In this document: piece by piece, positions 8,021 to 16,924 of the stretch
Layout of the letters: each line of letters starts with the position of its first letter
How positions within the stretch are numbered: the first letter of the stretch is position 1
Source of the DNA: Armatimonadota bacterium
GTDB taxonomy: Bacteria > Armatimonadota > Fimbriimonadia > Fimbriimonadales > GBS-DC
NCBI GenBank assembly: GCA_037445735.1
Contig: JBBIJY010000026.1
Span: forward strand, 1 to 21,115
DNA length: 21,115 bases
Direction of reading: 5' to 3'
Notes under the pieces: model-generated
The model's input: only the letters and a program-made list of their open reading frames with translations
Databases searched by the model: none
What the model was told of the DNA's origin: nothing
Program-made: the position numbers and the translations under genes

Positions 8021-9088
8021 ATGAGGGTGGCGGTTATCGGACTGGGCGCGGCAGGCAGTGCCGCGTTGCGATTCCTGGCGCAAAATGGCTACGAAGCGGT
8101 GGGCTTCGAACAGTTTCAGGTCGGGCACACGCGCGGCAGCTCGCACGGCGAGTCGCGCATCTATCGCCTGACCTATCCGGATCCGCGCTATACCCGCCTG
8201 ATGCGCGAGGCGCTCCCCCTGTGGCAGGCACTGGAACGCGAGGTGGGTGAGGAGTTGATAGTGCCCTGCGGAGTCCTCTGGTTCGGCAAGCCGACCAGCG
8301 CCGAGCTGAACCAGATTATCGAGAGCCTGCGGCAGGAGGGCGCATCGTTCGAGATTCTCGACGCGCAGGGGGTGGCGAATCGCGTCCCTGCTTTGCGCCT
8401 GAAGGCAGATGAAATCGCGCTCTTTCAGGCGGAGGGTGGCTTCCTGCGAGCCAGCGCATGCGTGCGGGCATGTATTCGCTCCGCGCTGAATGCAGGGGCA
8501 CAACTGCGCGAGAACACCCGCATTCTGAACCTGGAGCCAGTTCCGCAGGGCATCGACCTGTATCTGAGCAATGGCACACGGGAGCGGTTCGACCGCGTTA
8601 TCCTGACAGCAGGCGCATGGCTGCCCAAACTCCTGCCCCAGCTGGCTCTACCGCTCACCGTCACGCGCCAGACATATGCCTACTTCGCCATTCGTCAGCA
8701 CCCGGAGCGGTTTGACCGCGCGGCGCTGCCCGTCTGGATCGAGGCGGATACCCACTTTTATGGATTCCCGCTGGACGGTCGGCAGGCAGGTGTTAAGATT
8801 GCCCGACATCAACGGGGCGAGGCGCATGATCCAGACGAGTTAGCGCGCCCGCCCGATGAACAGGATATGCAACCGTTGCGCGACTATGCTGGTTCTCGCT
8901 TCCCTGATCTGGACATGCGCATCCTGCACGCCGCGACCTGCCTTTACACCAACACGCCCGACGAGCATTTCCTGATGGCACCGCTGCCCGACGAGCCGCG
9001 CGTGTGGTACCTCAGCGCCTGCTCCGGACACGGCTTCAAGTTCTCTATCCTGATGGGGGCACGCGTGGCGGAATCGGTGGTCAGCTGA
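8021..9088 (+). CDS. solA: N-methyl-L-tryptophan oxidase / monomeric sarcosine oxidase family
   Basis: VAVIGLGAAGS, GSSHGESRI, TCLYTNTPDEHF (flavinylation Cys) and SACSGHGFKF. Exact substrate unknown. TAAAAT lies 8 nt upstream of the ATG. Confidence 0.85.
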   Translation: MRVAVIGLGAAGSAALRFLAQNGYEAVGFEQFQVGHTRGSSHGESRIYRLTYPDPRYTRLMREALPLWQALEREVGEELIVPCGVLWFGKPTSAELNQIIESLRQEGASFEILDAQGVANRVPALRLKADEIALFQAEGGFLRASACVRACIRSALNAGAQLRENTRILNLEPVPQGIDLYLSNGTRERFDRVILTAGAWLPKLLPQLALPLTVTRQTYAYFAIRQHPERFDRAALPVWIEADTHFYGFPLDGRQAGVKIARHQRGEAHDPDELARPPDEQDMQPLRDYAGSRFPDLDMRILHAATCLYTNTPDEHFLMAPLPDEPRVWYLSACSGHGFKFSILMGARVAESVVS

Positions 9089-9093
9089 GCCTC

Positions 9094-9413
9094 TCAATCC
9101 CGAAGCAGGTTCACCGATTCGATATCGATGGTCTCGCGCAGGCGGAAAATCGCCACGATGATGCCCAGCCCGATTGCCACCTCCGCCGCCGCCACGCCAA
9201 TCACGAACAGCACGAACACATGCCCCGCCACCTGCGCTAACAGACCCGGCTGATGCAGTGCGAAGGTGAGAAAAGTGAGGTTCACCGCGTTCAGCATCAA
9301 CTCGATACACATAAAGATGACGATCGGGTTGCGCTTGATCAGCACGCCCACCGCGCCAATCGCGAACAGGAACGCCGCCAGGGTCAGATAGGCATTCGCG
9401 GGCACGGCACCCA

Positions 9414-9417
<4 letters not shown>
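9094..9417 (-). CDS. nuoK: NADH-quinone oxidoreductase subunit K
   Basis: C-terminal 107 aa of ORF 9094..9888: [49 protein letters not shown], and ATG overlaps the nuoJ TGA. Confidence 0.95.
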
Positions 9418-9906
<489 letters not shown>

Positions 9907-9914
<8 letters not shown>

Positions 9915-11136
9915 GGGGCACCTCCGTTTGCGGGCGGCGCTGATAGGGGCGCGCCTCCGCGTACAGGATCACGCGCCGACGATCGATTCGCCGCGAGCGA
10001 CCCGCCGCCCAGAACGCATAGAGCAGAATCGCCAGCGCGTAGCCCATCAGCGCGGGCAGCCAGCCAGACACCAGATAGACCGTCAGCAACGCCAGATTGA
10101 TCAGTCCGACGGGGATCAGCACGCGCCAGCCAAGGTTCATCAGCTGGTCATAGCGCAGGCGCAGCAGCGTCGCCCGCACCCACACGAAGCAGAAAAAGAG
10201 CGCGCCGAGTTTCAGGATGAACCAGAGGGGCGGCGCGAGCGCACCCGTAACCGCCGCCAGCGGCACCCATAGCCCGCCCGCCGAACCCGCCAGCGCCTGA
10301 ATCGGCGACCAGTTCAGAGGCGCCAGATAGCCGCCCAGAAAGCAGCTGGTCATGATCGCGCTGATGGTCACCAGCGCCATATATTCGCCCATAAAGAACG
10401 CGGCGAACTTCATACTGCTGTATTCGGTCTGATAGCCCGCCACCAGCTCGCTCTCGGCTTCGGGCAGGTCGAACGGCGCGCGGTTCGTCTCCGCCAGCAT
10501 GCAGACGAAAAAGAGCGCGGCGCCCACCAGCCCCCACGGCGTGAACACAAGCCAGTTGGGAATGAAGCTGATAAGCCCCCACAGCGGCTGCGCCTGCACC
10601 GCCACCATCTCGGTCATGCGCAGGCTACCGCTGGCTAAGATTGCCGTCGCCAGCGCCAGCCCCATGCCGAGTTCGTAGCTGATGACCTGCGCCGATGCCC
10701 GCAACCCGCCCAGCAGCGAATATTTGTTGTTGGACGACCAGCCCGCCAGCAGCACGCCATACGCCGCCAGCGACGACATCGCCAGAAAGTAAAGGATGCC
10801 AATCTCCACATCGGCGACGGGCGTCAGCAGGCGGTTGGGTCCCCACGGGATGGTAGCCGCTGCCACCAGCGCAGGGAACAGCGACAGCGCAGGCGCCAGC
10901 GACCAGATGAGCCGATCGGCGTCCGCAGGCACAATCTCCTCCTTGAAAAAGAGCTTCACCGCGTCGGCGACCGGCTGGAACAGCCCGAACGGTCCCAGAC
11001 GATTGGGACCGATCCGGTCCTGGAACCAGGCGAGCAGTCGCCGTTCGAGCCAGATGAACAGCGGCAGCGTGCCCAGCAGAAAGCCCAGCACAATCGCCAC
11101 CCGCACCAGCGCCCAACCGAGTTCCGCAACTGTCAT
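9907..11136 (-). CDS. nuoH: NADH-quinone oxidoreductase subunit H
   Basis: WLERR...QDRIGPNRLGPFGLFQPVADAVKLFFKE, SNNKYSLLGGLRASAQVISYE, AETNRAPFDLPEAESELVAGYQTEYS, RLRYDQLM. Confidence 0.97.
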
Positions 11137-11144
11137 GCGAGGGG

Positions 11145-11152
11145 ATTATACC
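11145..11152 (-). promoter_or_regulatory. -10 element GGTATAAT, 8 nt upstream of the nuoH ATG
   Basis: Plus-strand attatacc. No SD in the 8-nt spacer. Confidence 0.6.
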
Positions 11153-11321
11153 TGCTCATTCTCCTGCGCTTGCATGGGGCGATTGGGTTCATGATGCGCC
11201 CCCTGTTGTGCAGTTTACAGGAGAGATTCTGCAGCAGGCGCACCTCTTTTGCCAGCGGGGATAGCAGATGTGGAGGAGTGGGGGGATGGTATTGATGTGC
11301 TGGCGCATTTAGACAGAGGGG

Positions 11322-11351
11322 TTGACACAGGGGGAGGGGAGGGGGTATAAT
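11322..11351 (+). promoter_or_regulatory. Consensus sigma70/sigmaA promoter for the NlpC/P60 gene
   Basis: TTGACA (11322-11327), 18-nt G-rich spacer, TATAAT (11346-11351). Confidence 0.85.
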
Positions 11352-11359
11352 GCCCCCAT

Positions 11360-11415
11360 CATGCGACTTCGGTCGCATGGACGCTCGTCAGGAACCCCGT
11401 TAATCTAACGGGGTT
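11360..11415 (+). promoter_or_regulatory. Two-hairpin structured 5' leader
   Basis: CATGCGAC-TTCG-GTCGCATG (11360-11379, cUUCGg tetraloop) and AACCCCGTTA-ATC-TAACGGGGTT (11393-11415). Confidence 0.6.
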
Positions 11416-11441
11416 GAAACGCTTTACCAGGGAGGGCAGGC

Positions 11442-12179
11442 ATGGGTAATGTTCTCAAAATCGGAGGGCTATCAGCCCTGTTTTTAAGTCTAATCGTTAG
11501 TGCTGTTGCACAAAGAACTATTCGATACACCGTTAAGGAGGGCGATTCGCTCTATGCGATTGCTCACCGTTTCGGGTTGCGACTGCCTGAGCTGCTGCGG
11601 GTCAACAAGTTCCGCAACCCGCACAAAATCAAACCGGGCGATGTGGTCTACATCCCGGTGAAGGGTGCGTCGGCAAGCGGTAAGCGATCATCATCGGTGC
11701 GCCCTGCGAATGGGAGCCAATCGTCGGGTGTCAGGCAGTCGGTATCGAGGCGCAACCCGTCGCGGACAGCGGCGCTGACGGCGTTGAAGGGCAACAGTGG
11801 GCTAAGCCCAACGGCGCGGCGCGTGCTGGAAATCGCCCACCGCTATCTGGGGCGACCCTATCGCTACGGTGGCAGCAGCTCGCGCGGGTTCGATTGTTCG
11901 GGCTTCGCGCTGCATGTCTATCGCAGTGTGGGTGTCCGCCTGCCACACAGCGCGAGTGCCCAGGCACGGCTGGGTAAACCTGTACCCCGCAGCCAGCTGC
12001 AGCCGGGCGACCTGGTCTTTTTCCGCACGCGCGGGCGTCGCATCTCGCATGTGGGTATCTACATCGGCAACGGCAGGTTTATTCACGCCTCCAGCGCGCG
12101 CGGGCGCGTGCGAATCGACTCGCTGAACACAGGCTACTACCAGCGGCGCTATGTGTGCGCTCGCCGCATCAGCCGCTAA
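11442..12179 (+). CDS. LysM + NlpC/P60 peptidoglycan endopeptidase (secreted)
   Basis: Signal peptide, then LysM YTVKEGDSLYAIAHRFG...IKPGDVVYIP, a Ser/Arg linker, and NlpC/P60 LGRPYRYGG...GFDCSG...LQPGDLVFF...SHVGIYIGNGRFIHASS. GGAGG RBS. Confidence 0.95.
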   Translation: MGNVLKIGGLSALFLSLIVSAVAQRTIRYTVKEGDSLYAIAHRFGLRLPELLRVNKFRNPHKIKPGDVVYIPVKGASASGKRSSSVRPANGSQSSGVRQSVSRRNPSRTAALTALKGNSGLSPTARRVLEIAHRYLGRPYRYGGSSSRGFDCSGFALHVYRSVGVRLPHSASAQARLGKPVPRSQLQPGDLVFFRTRGRRISHVGIYIGNGRFIHASSARGRVRIDSLNTGYYQRRYVCARRISR

Positions 12180-12214
12180 GTCGATTCGTTTCGTTAAATG
12201 CCTTCCAGACAGCA

Positions 12215-12244
12215 AGCGGGCTGGGTCAGTTGACCCAGCCCGCT
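12215..12244. terminator. Inverted repeat between convergent genes (probable bidirectional terminator)
   Basis: AGCGGGCTGGGTCA-GT-TGACCCAGCCCGCT, 14-bp arms, between the NlpC/P60 and clpC stops. U-tracts are weak. Confidence 0.6.
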
Positions 12245-12282
12245 GTTGATTCAGCGATTCACACGGGCAGCAGCCCTGTGCT

Positions 12283-14775
12283 TCAATGCGCGACGGCAGG
12301 GGCGCTCAGGTCGCTCTCGTCGTCGGGCAGTGGTGGCTCGCCCTTCACGAACACGATCTCACCCGCGTCGTTGAGCCGGGCGATAATCGTGTCGCCCTCT
12401 TCGAACCGACCCAGCAGCAGCTGCTCGGAGAGCGGGTCTTCAATCATCTGCTGAACCACGCGCCGCAGCGGGCGCGCGCCGAAGTTCGGGTCATAGCCCT
12501 TCTCGGCAAGCAGCTCTTTGACCGCCGGCTCCAGAATGAGCTGCATCCGATGCGTGCGCAGCTGCTCCTGAACCCGCCCGACCATCAGATCCACAATCTG
12601 CAGAATTTCCTCGCGCGTGAGCGGGTGGAACACAATCACCTCATCCACGCGATTGAGGAACTCCGGGCGGAACAGCTTTTTCATCTCGTCCAGAATGCGG
12701 TTGCGCATCGCTTCGTAGGCGCGCGGGTCTTCGGGTGAGGTGCGGCTCTTGCGGAAGCCGACGCCGCCCTCTTCCATGATGGAGCGCACGCCCACATTGC
12801 TGGTCATGATGATAATCGTGTTGCGGAAGTCGACCGTGTGCCCCTGCGAGTCGGTCAGTCGTCCGTCCTCCATCACCTGCAGCAGCAGGTTGAACACATC
12901 GGGGTGCGCCTTCTCGATCTCGTCGAGCAGCACCACGCTGTAGGGCTGGCGGCGCACCGCCTCGGTCAGCACGCCACCCTCCTCGTAGCCGACATAGCCG
13001 GGCGGCGCACCGATCAGGCGCGAGACATTGAACCGCTCCATGTACTCGCTCATGTCGATGCGGATGAGGTTGTTCTCGTTATCGAACAGGTAGGCGGCGA
13101 GTGCGCGTGCCAGCTCGGTCTTGCCGACACCAGTGGGTCCGAGGAAGATGAAGGTGCCCATCGGGCGCTTCGGGTCTTTGAGACCGGAGCGGGCGCGGCG
13201 CAGGGCGCGTGCCACCGCCGACACCGCCTCATGCTGACCGATCACGCGCTTGTGCAGCTCCTCTTCGATGCGCAGCAGCTTCTCGGTCTCGCCCTCCACC
13301 AGGCGGGCAACCGGGATGCCGGTCCAGCTCTGCACAATCTGCGCCACATCGTGTTCGGTCACGAGCGTGGTCATCTCGTGGCGCTGGGCTTCCCATTCCT
13401 CTTCCATGCGGTCGATATCAGCTAACAGCTCGCGACGACGCTCCTCGAGCTCTTCCGCCTGTTCGTACTTGCCTTGCTGTTTGAGGCTCTGGATGTCCTT
13501 ATCGAGCATTTCGAGCTTGCCTTTGGCGCGGCGCAGCTCCAGCGGCGGCAGCGATTGCTGAAGACGCACGCGCGACGAGGCTTCGTCTATCAGGTCGATG
13601 GCCTTGTCGGGCAGGAATCGGTCGTTGATGTAGCGCGAGGAGAGCCGCACGGCGGCTTCAATCGCGCTATCGGTGATAATCACGCGGTGGTGCGATTCGT
13701 AGCGGTCGCGCAGCCCCTTGAGAATCTCGATCGCCTCTTCGGGGGTTGGCTCGCGCACCTGAACGGGCTGGAATCGTCGCTCCAGCGCGGCGTCCCGCTC
13801 GATATATTTGCGATATTCGTCCATTGTGGTGGCGCCGATGCACTGCAGTTCGCCGCGTGCGAGAGCGGGCTTCATGATGTTGGAGGCGTCGATAGCGCCT
13901 TCGGCGGCGCCGGCGCCCACCAGCGTGTGCAGCTCATCCACAAACAGCACCACTTCGCCCTGCGCCTTGCGCACTTCTTCCAGCACGCGCTTCATGCGCT
14001 CTTCGAACTCGCCGCGATATTTGGTGCCAGCGACCAGCCCCGCCAGATCGAGCGACACGATGCGCTTGTTTTTGAGCGCGTCGGGCACATCGCCCTGCAC
14101 AATGCGTTGTGCCAGCCCTTCCACGATTGCCGTCTTGCCAACGCCTGGCGGACCGACCAGCACGGGATTGTTCTTGGTGCGGCGTGCCAGAATCTGCATC
14201 ACGCGCTCCACTTCGGTATGGCGTCCGATCACGGGGTCCAGCTTGCCCTGGCGAGCGAGTTCGGTCAGGTCGCGCCCGAACTCATCGAGGGTGGGCGTGC
14301 GGGAGCGTTGGGCGCGTGGTGTTGGCGCGGAGTGCCCCTCGTGATCCTGCAGCTGGAGCACCTCACGGCGGGCACGCTCCAGATCGACGCCCAGCTTGTG
14401 CAGCACTCGTGCCGCCAGCCCGTCACCTTCGCGAATCAGCCCCAGCAGCAGATGCTCGGTGCCGATGTAGTTGTTGTTCAGCTGGCGTGCCTCGTCGTAG
14501 GCAAGGTCAATCACGCGCTTGGCGCGCGCCGTCAGTTGCATCTCCTGTCCCAGTCGGGCATCGCCGCGCGGCGCGTAGCGCTCGATCTCGGCGCGAATGC
14601 GCTGCGGGCTAACGCCCAGCCGGTCGAGAATGCGGGCGGCAACGCTATCCGTCTCGCGGATAAGTCCCAGCAGCAGGTGTTCGGTGCTGACCTGCGATTC
14701 GCCCAGTCGCTGCGCTTCCTCCTGCGCGTAGAAGATGACCTTCCGCGCGCGCTCCGTAAATCGCTGCCACATCAT
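12283..14775 (-). CDS. clpC: ATP-dependent Clp protease ATP-binding subunit ClpC
   Basis: Double Clp-N repeat. D1: [30 protein letters not shown]. Short UVR-type M domain. D2: [29 protein letters not shown] ClpP-docking loop. Start set at ATG 14775 after the GGAGG RBS. Confidence 0.96.
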   Translation of the reverse strand: MMWQRFTERARKVIFYAQEEAQRLGESQVSTEHLLLGLIRETDSVAARILDRLGVSPQRIRAEIERYAPRGDARLGQEMQLTARAKRVIDLAYDEARQLNNNYIGTEHLLLGLIREGDGLAARVLHKLGVDLERARREVLQLQDHEGHSAPTPRAQRSRTPTLDEFGRDLTELARQGKLDPVIGRHTEVERVMQILARRTKNNPVLVGPPGVGKTAIVEGLAQRIVQGDVPDALKNKRIVSLDLAGLVAGTKYRGEFEERMKRVLEEVRKAQGEVVLFVDELHTLVGAGAAEGAIDASNIMKPALARGELQCIGATTMDEYRKYIERDAALERRFQPVQVREPTPEEAIEILKGLRDRYESHHRVIITDSAIEAAVRLSSRYINDRFLPDKAIDLIDEASSRVRLQQSLPPLELRRAKGKLEMLDKDIQSLKQQGKYEQAEELEERRRELLADIDRMEEEWEAQRHEMTTLVTEHDVAQIVQSWTGIPVARLVEGETEKLLRIEEELHKRVIGQHEAVSAVARALRRARSGLKDPKRPMGTFIFLGPTGVGKTELARALAAYLFDNENNLIRIDMSEYMERFNVSRLIGAPPGYVGYEEGGVLTEAVRRQPYSVVLLDEIEKAHPDVFNLLLQVMEDGRLTDSQGHTVDFRNTIIIMTSNVGVRSIMEEGGVGFRKSRTSPEDPRAYEAMRNRILDEMKKLFRPEFLNRVDEVIVFHPLTREEILQIVDLMVGRVQEQLRTHRMQLILEPAVKELLAEKGYDPNFGARPLRRVVQQMIEDPLSEQLLLGRFEEGDTIIARLNDAGEIVFVKGEPPLPDDESDLSAPAVAH
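14399..14774. repeat. Direct repeat copy 1: 376 bp identical to 16056-16431 (Clp-N coding region)
   Basis: Base-by-base visual comparison found no mismatch. About 20 further nt to the left align with 3 mismatches. Confidence 0.9.
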
Positions 14776-14825
14776 TCTCGACCCTCCATCGCGGCGCAAC
14801 CGCCGTACTGATAGATTGTTTCCAT
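14772..14825 (-). CDS. Putative leader peptide [17 protein letters not shown] upstream of clpC
   Basis: GGAGGT 3 nt before ATG 14825. The TGA stop overlaps the clpC start (ATGATG). Confidence 0.3.
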   Translation of the reverse strand: METIYQYGGCAAMEGRE

Positions 14826-14909
14826 ACGACCTCCGTTATTTTCTCTGGGGAATCGGCTCCCATGCCCTATTATCGGGAAAGTGCCTGCATGGGTTCCCTC
14901 CCCACCTAT

Positions 14910-14918
14910 ATTGTAGCA
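14910..14918 (-). promoter_or_regulatory. Extended -10 element (TGcTACAAT) for clpC
   Basis: Plus-strand attgtagca in the intergenic region between the paralogue and clpC. Confidence 0.5.
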
Positions 14919-14935
14919 CATGGCGGGGCTAAAAA

Positions 14936-16432
14936 TCAAGGGGCGTCCGCCATGAGCTGCTCGATCGGGATGCCTGTCCACTCGTGGAGCTGTTCGGCGA
15001 CATGCTGCGGGGTGAGCGTCGTTGGCGGCTCCTGCTCCGCCTCCAGATGCTGAATGAGCTGCCGCACGCGCTGCTTCTGCTCCTCCAGCAACTGAGCCAT
15101 CTGCTGCGATTCGGGCTGAGCCTGCTGGAGCTGTTCCAGCAGCTGGCGCAGATAGTGCAATTGTTCCTCTTTGCGCAGGCGCGTCGGTTGACCCTCTTCT
15201 GCCAGCCGCTGGTAATATTCGGGCGGAAGCAGGGTCGAACGGAGGCTCACCCGTGCGACCGCCGATTCCAGCAGGTCGATGGCTTTATCGGGCAGGCGGC
15301 GGTCGGGCAGGTAGCGCATCGATAGCTGCACGGCTTTCTCGATGGCTTCATCGGTAATCTGCAAACCTGACTGCTGATGGAGCAGGTGGCGTCGTCGATG
15401 CAGCATCCGGATAACCGCTTCGGGCGTCGGCTCGCCAATCGGTACCTTCTCAAACAGCGACTGCAGCTGTGCCAGCCGCTCGCTGTCGTGCGGACTGCCT
15501 GTGTTGTACACACCGATACAGCGCACACCGCCGATATTCAGCACCTGCTTCAGCGCGTGCAGCGGCTCAACGGGTGATGTTCGCGAGCCGAGGTCAAACA
15601 GGCTCTCCAGATCATCGATAAACAGAATCAACCGGTCAGCTATGCGATGCAGCTCGTTCACAAATCGCGCGGCGATGCTGACCGACGCCATTTGCCACAT
15701 CAGCACATCGGGCGGGAGCGCGACCACCTGCACGCCCTTAAGCGGTTCAGGCGGCTCGCCGTACACCAGCACATTCACCACGCCATGCACAATCGTGGTC
15801 TTGCCGACGCCGCGCTCGCCAACCAGCAACGGGTTGCGACGGTTGAGCTTCGCAAGGATTTGCAGCACGGTGTAGATTTCGGCATCGCGCTCGTAGGCGG
15901 TGCCCAGCTTGCGTTCGAACGCCAGCCGATTCATGTCCTGCCCCAGCTCGTGGATCAGCGACGGGCGAGCTTCGGGTGCGGGGACAACCTCGGCAGGTTG
16001 ATCCTGAATCTGCCTCACCTCGTTTCGTGCCCGCCCCAGATCGACGCCTAACTTATGCAGCACTCGTGCCGCCAGCCCGTCACCTTCGCGAATCAGCCCC
16101 AGCAGCAGATGCTCGGTGCCGATGTAGTTGTTGTTCAGCTGGCGTGCCTCGTCGTAGGCAAGGTCAATCACGCGCTTGGCGCGCGCCGTCAGTTGCATCT
16201 CCTGTCCCAGTCGGGCATCGCCGCGCGGCGCGTAGCGCTCGATCTCGGCGCGAATGCGCTGCGGGCTAACGCCCAGCCGGTCGAGAATGCGGGCGGCAAC
16301 GCTATCCGTCTCGCGGATAAGTCCCAGCAGCAGGTGTTCGGTGCTGACCTGCGATTCGCCCAGTCGCTGCGCTTCCTCCTGCGCGTAGAAGATGACCTTC
16401 CGCGCGCGCTCCGTAAATCGCTGCCACATCAC
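14936..16432 (-). CDS. Truncated ClpC paralogue: Clp-N domain + degenerate AAA (D1) + coiled coil, no D2
   Basis: The first ~130 aa are identical to ClpC. Walker A GERGVGKT is kept, but Walker B reads FIDDLE, the pore loop is absent and the Arg finger ALERRF is replaced by [21 protein letters not shown] is kept. Ends at WTGIP...MADAP, before D2. Confidence 0.88.
   Translation of the reverse strand: MMWQRFTERARKVIFYAQEEAQRLGESQVSTEHLLLGLIRETDSVAARILDRLGVSPQRIRAEIERYAPRGDARLGQEMQLTARAKRVIDLAYDEARQLNNNYIGTEHLLLGLIREGDGLAARVLHKLGVDLGRARNEVRQIQDQPAEVVPAPEARPSLIHELGQDMNRLAFERKLGTAYERDAEIYTVLQILAKLNRRNPLLVGERGVGKTTIVHGVVNVLVYGEPPEPLKGVQVVALPPDVLMWQMASVSIAARFVNELHRIADRLILFIDDLESLFDLGSRTSPVEPLHALKQVLNIGGVRCIGVYNTGSPHDSERLAQLQSLFEKVPIGEPTPEAVIRMLHRRRHLLHQQSGLQITDEAIEKAVQLSMRYLPDRRLPDKAIDLLESAVARVSLRSTLLPPEYYQRLAEEGQPTRLRKEEQLHYLRQLLEQLQQAQPESQQMAQLLEEQKQRVRQLIQHLEAEQEPPTTLTPQHVAEQLHEWTGIPIEQLMADAP
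16056..16431. repeat. Direct repeat copy 2: 376 bp identical to 14399-14774
   Basis: Offset 1657 bp. Identity ends exactly at the start codon (GTG vs ATG). Confidence 0.9.
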
Positions 16433-16459
16433 GAATGATCTCCCCGCTTCCTTTGACCG

Positions 16460-16467
16460 ATTCTACC
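16460..16467 (-). promoter_or_regulatory. -10 element GGTAGAAT upstream of the clpC paralogue
   Basis: Plus-strand attctacc, followed on the minus strand by a GGAG RBS and GTG 16432. Confidence 0.45.
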
Positions 16468-16561
16468 GCTGGCGAGTTTCTCATTCTATCGCCTTCCAGA
16501 GGCACTTAAGCAGGATTCGCACTTGCTCCTGCGAACCGAAATACTCACAGGAGGTACTGAC

Positions 16562-16839
16562 ATGTCGAACGGAAGCAGCTCGAATGCAACTCTGATACTG
16601 GTGCTGGGTATTTTGAGCCTGGTCTGCTGCGGGCTTCTTGGACCCGTGGCATGGATTATGGGCAACAACGCGTTGCGTGAGATTGATGCGGGCATCGGCA
16701 ACCCCAGCGATCGAGGGCTGGTCGTGCAGGTCGCATTCTGGGAATCATCGCCACCGTGTTGATGATTCTGGGAATTGTCGTTTATGGAGCGCTGTTCATG
16801 CTCGGTATGCTGGGAGGGATGGTAGGGGGTTTGCCGTAG
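16562..16839 (+). pseudogene. DUF4190-like small membrane protein, frameshifted (1-nt deletion near 16726)
   Basis: AGGAGGT RBS, then MSNGSSSNATLILVLGILSLVCCGLLGPVAWIMGNNALREID...RGLV. The shifted frame continues AGRILGIIATVLMILGIVVYGALFMLGMLGGMVGGLP* to TAG 16839. Total 278 nt = 93 codons minus 1 nt. Confidence 0.75.
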
Positions 16840-16924
16840 TGCGGGTAAGGTTCCGCTTGCCATCTGATCTTCTCTGCCCGAAAGGGAGCATACCCCTTTG
16901 CAGGGGGTATTCTATTGGGTCAGG

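Noticed and set aside
11352-11441. c-di-AMP (ydaO) riboswitch before the NlpC/P60 gene
   Set aside because: The leader is too short and lacks the conserved GCUGAA / GGGGGA / GUCAGCUAAC segments.
14900-16470. CIRCE or CtsR operators upstream of the clp genes
   Set aside because: Only partial matches (TAGCAC at about 14914; a single GGTCAAA at about 16452-16458). No complete inverted repeat or tandem heptad.
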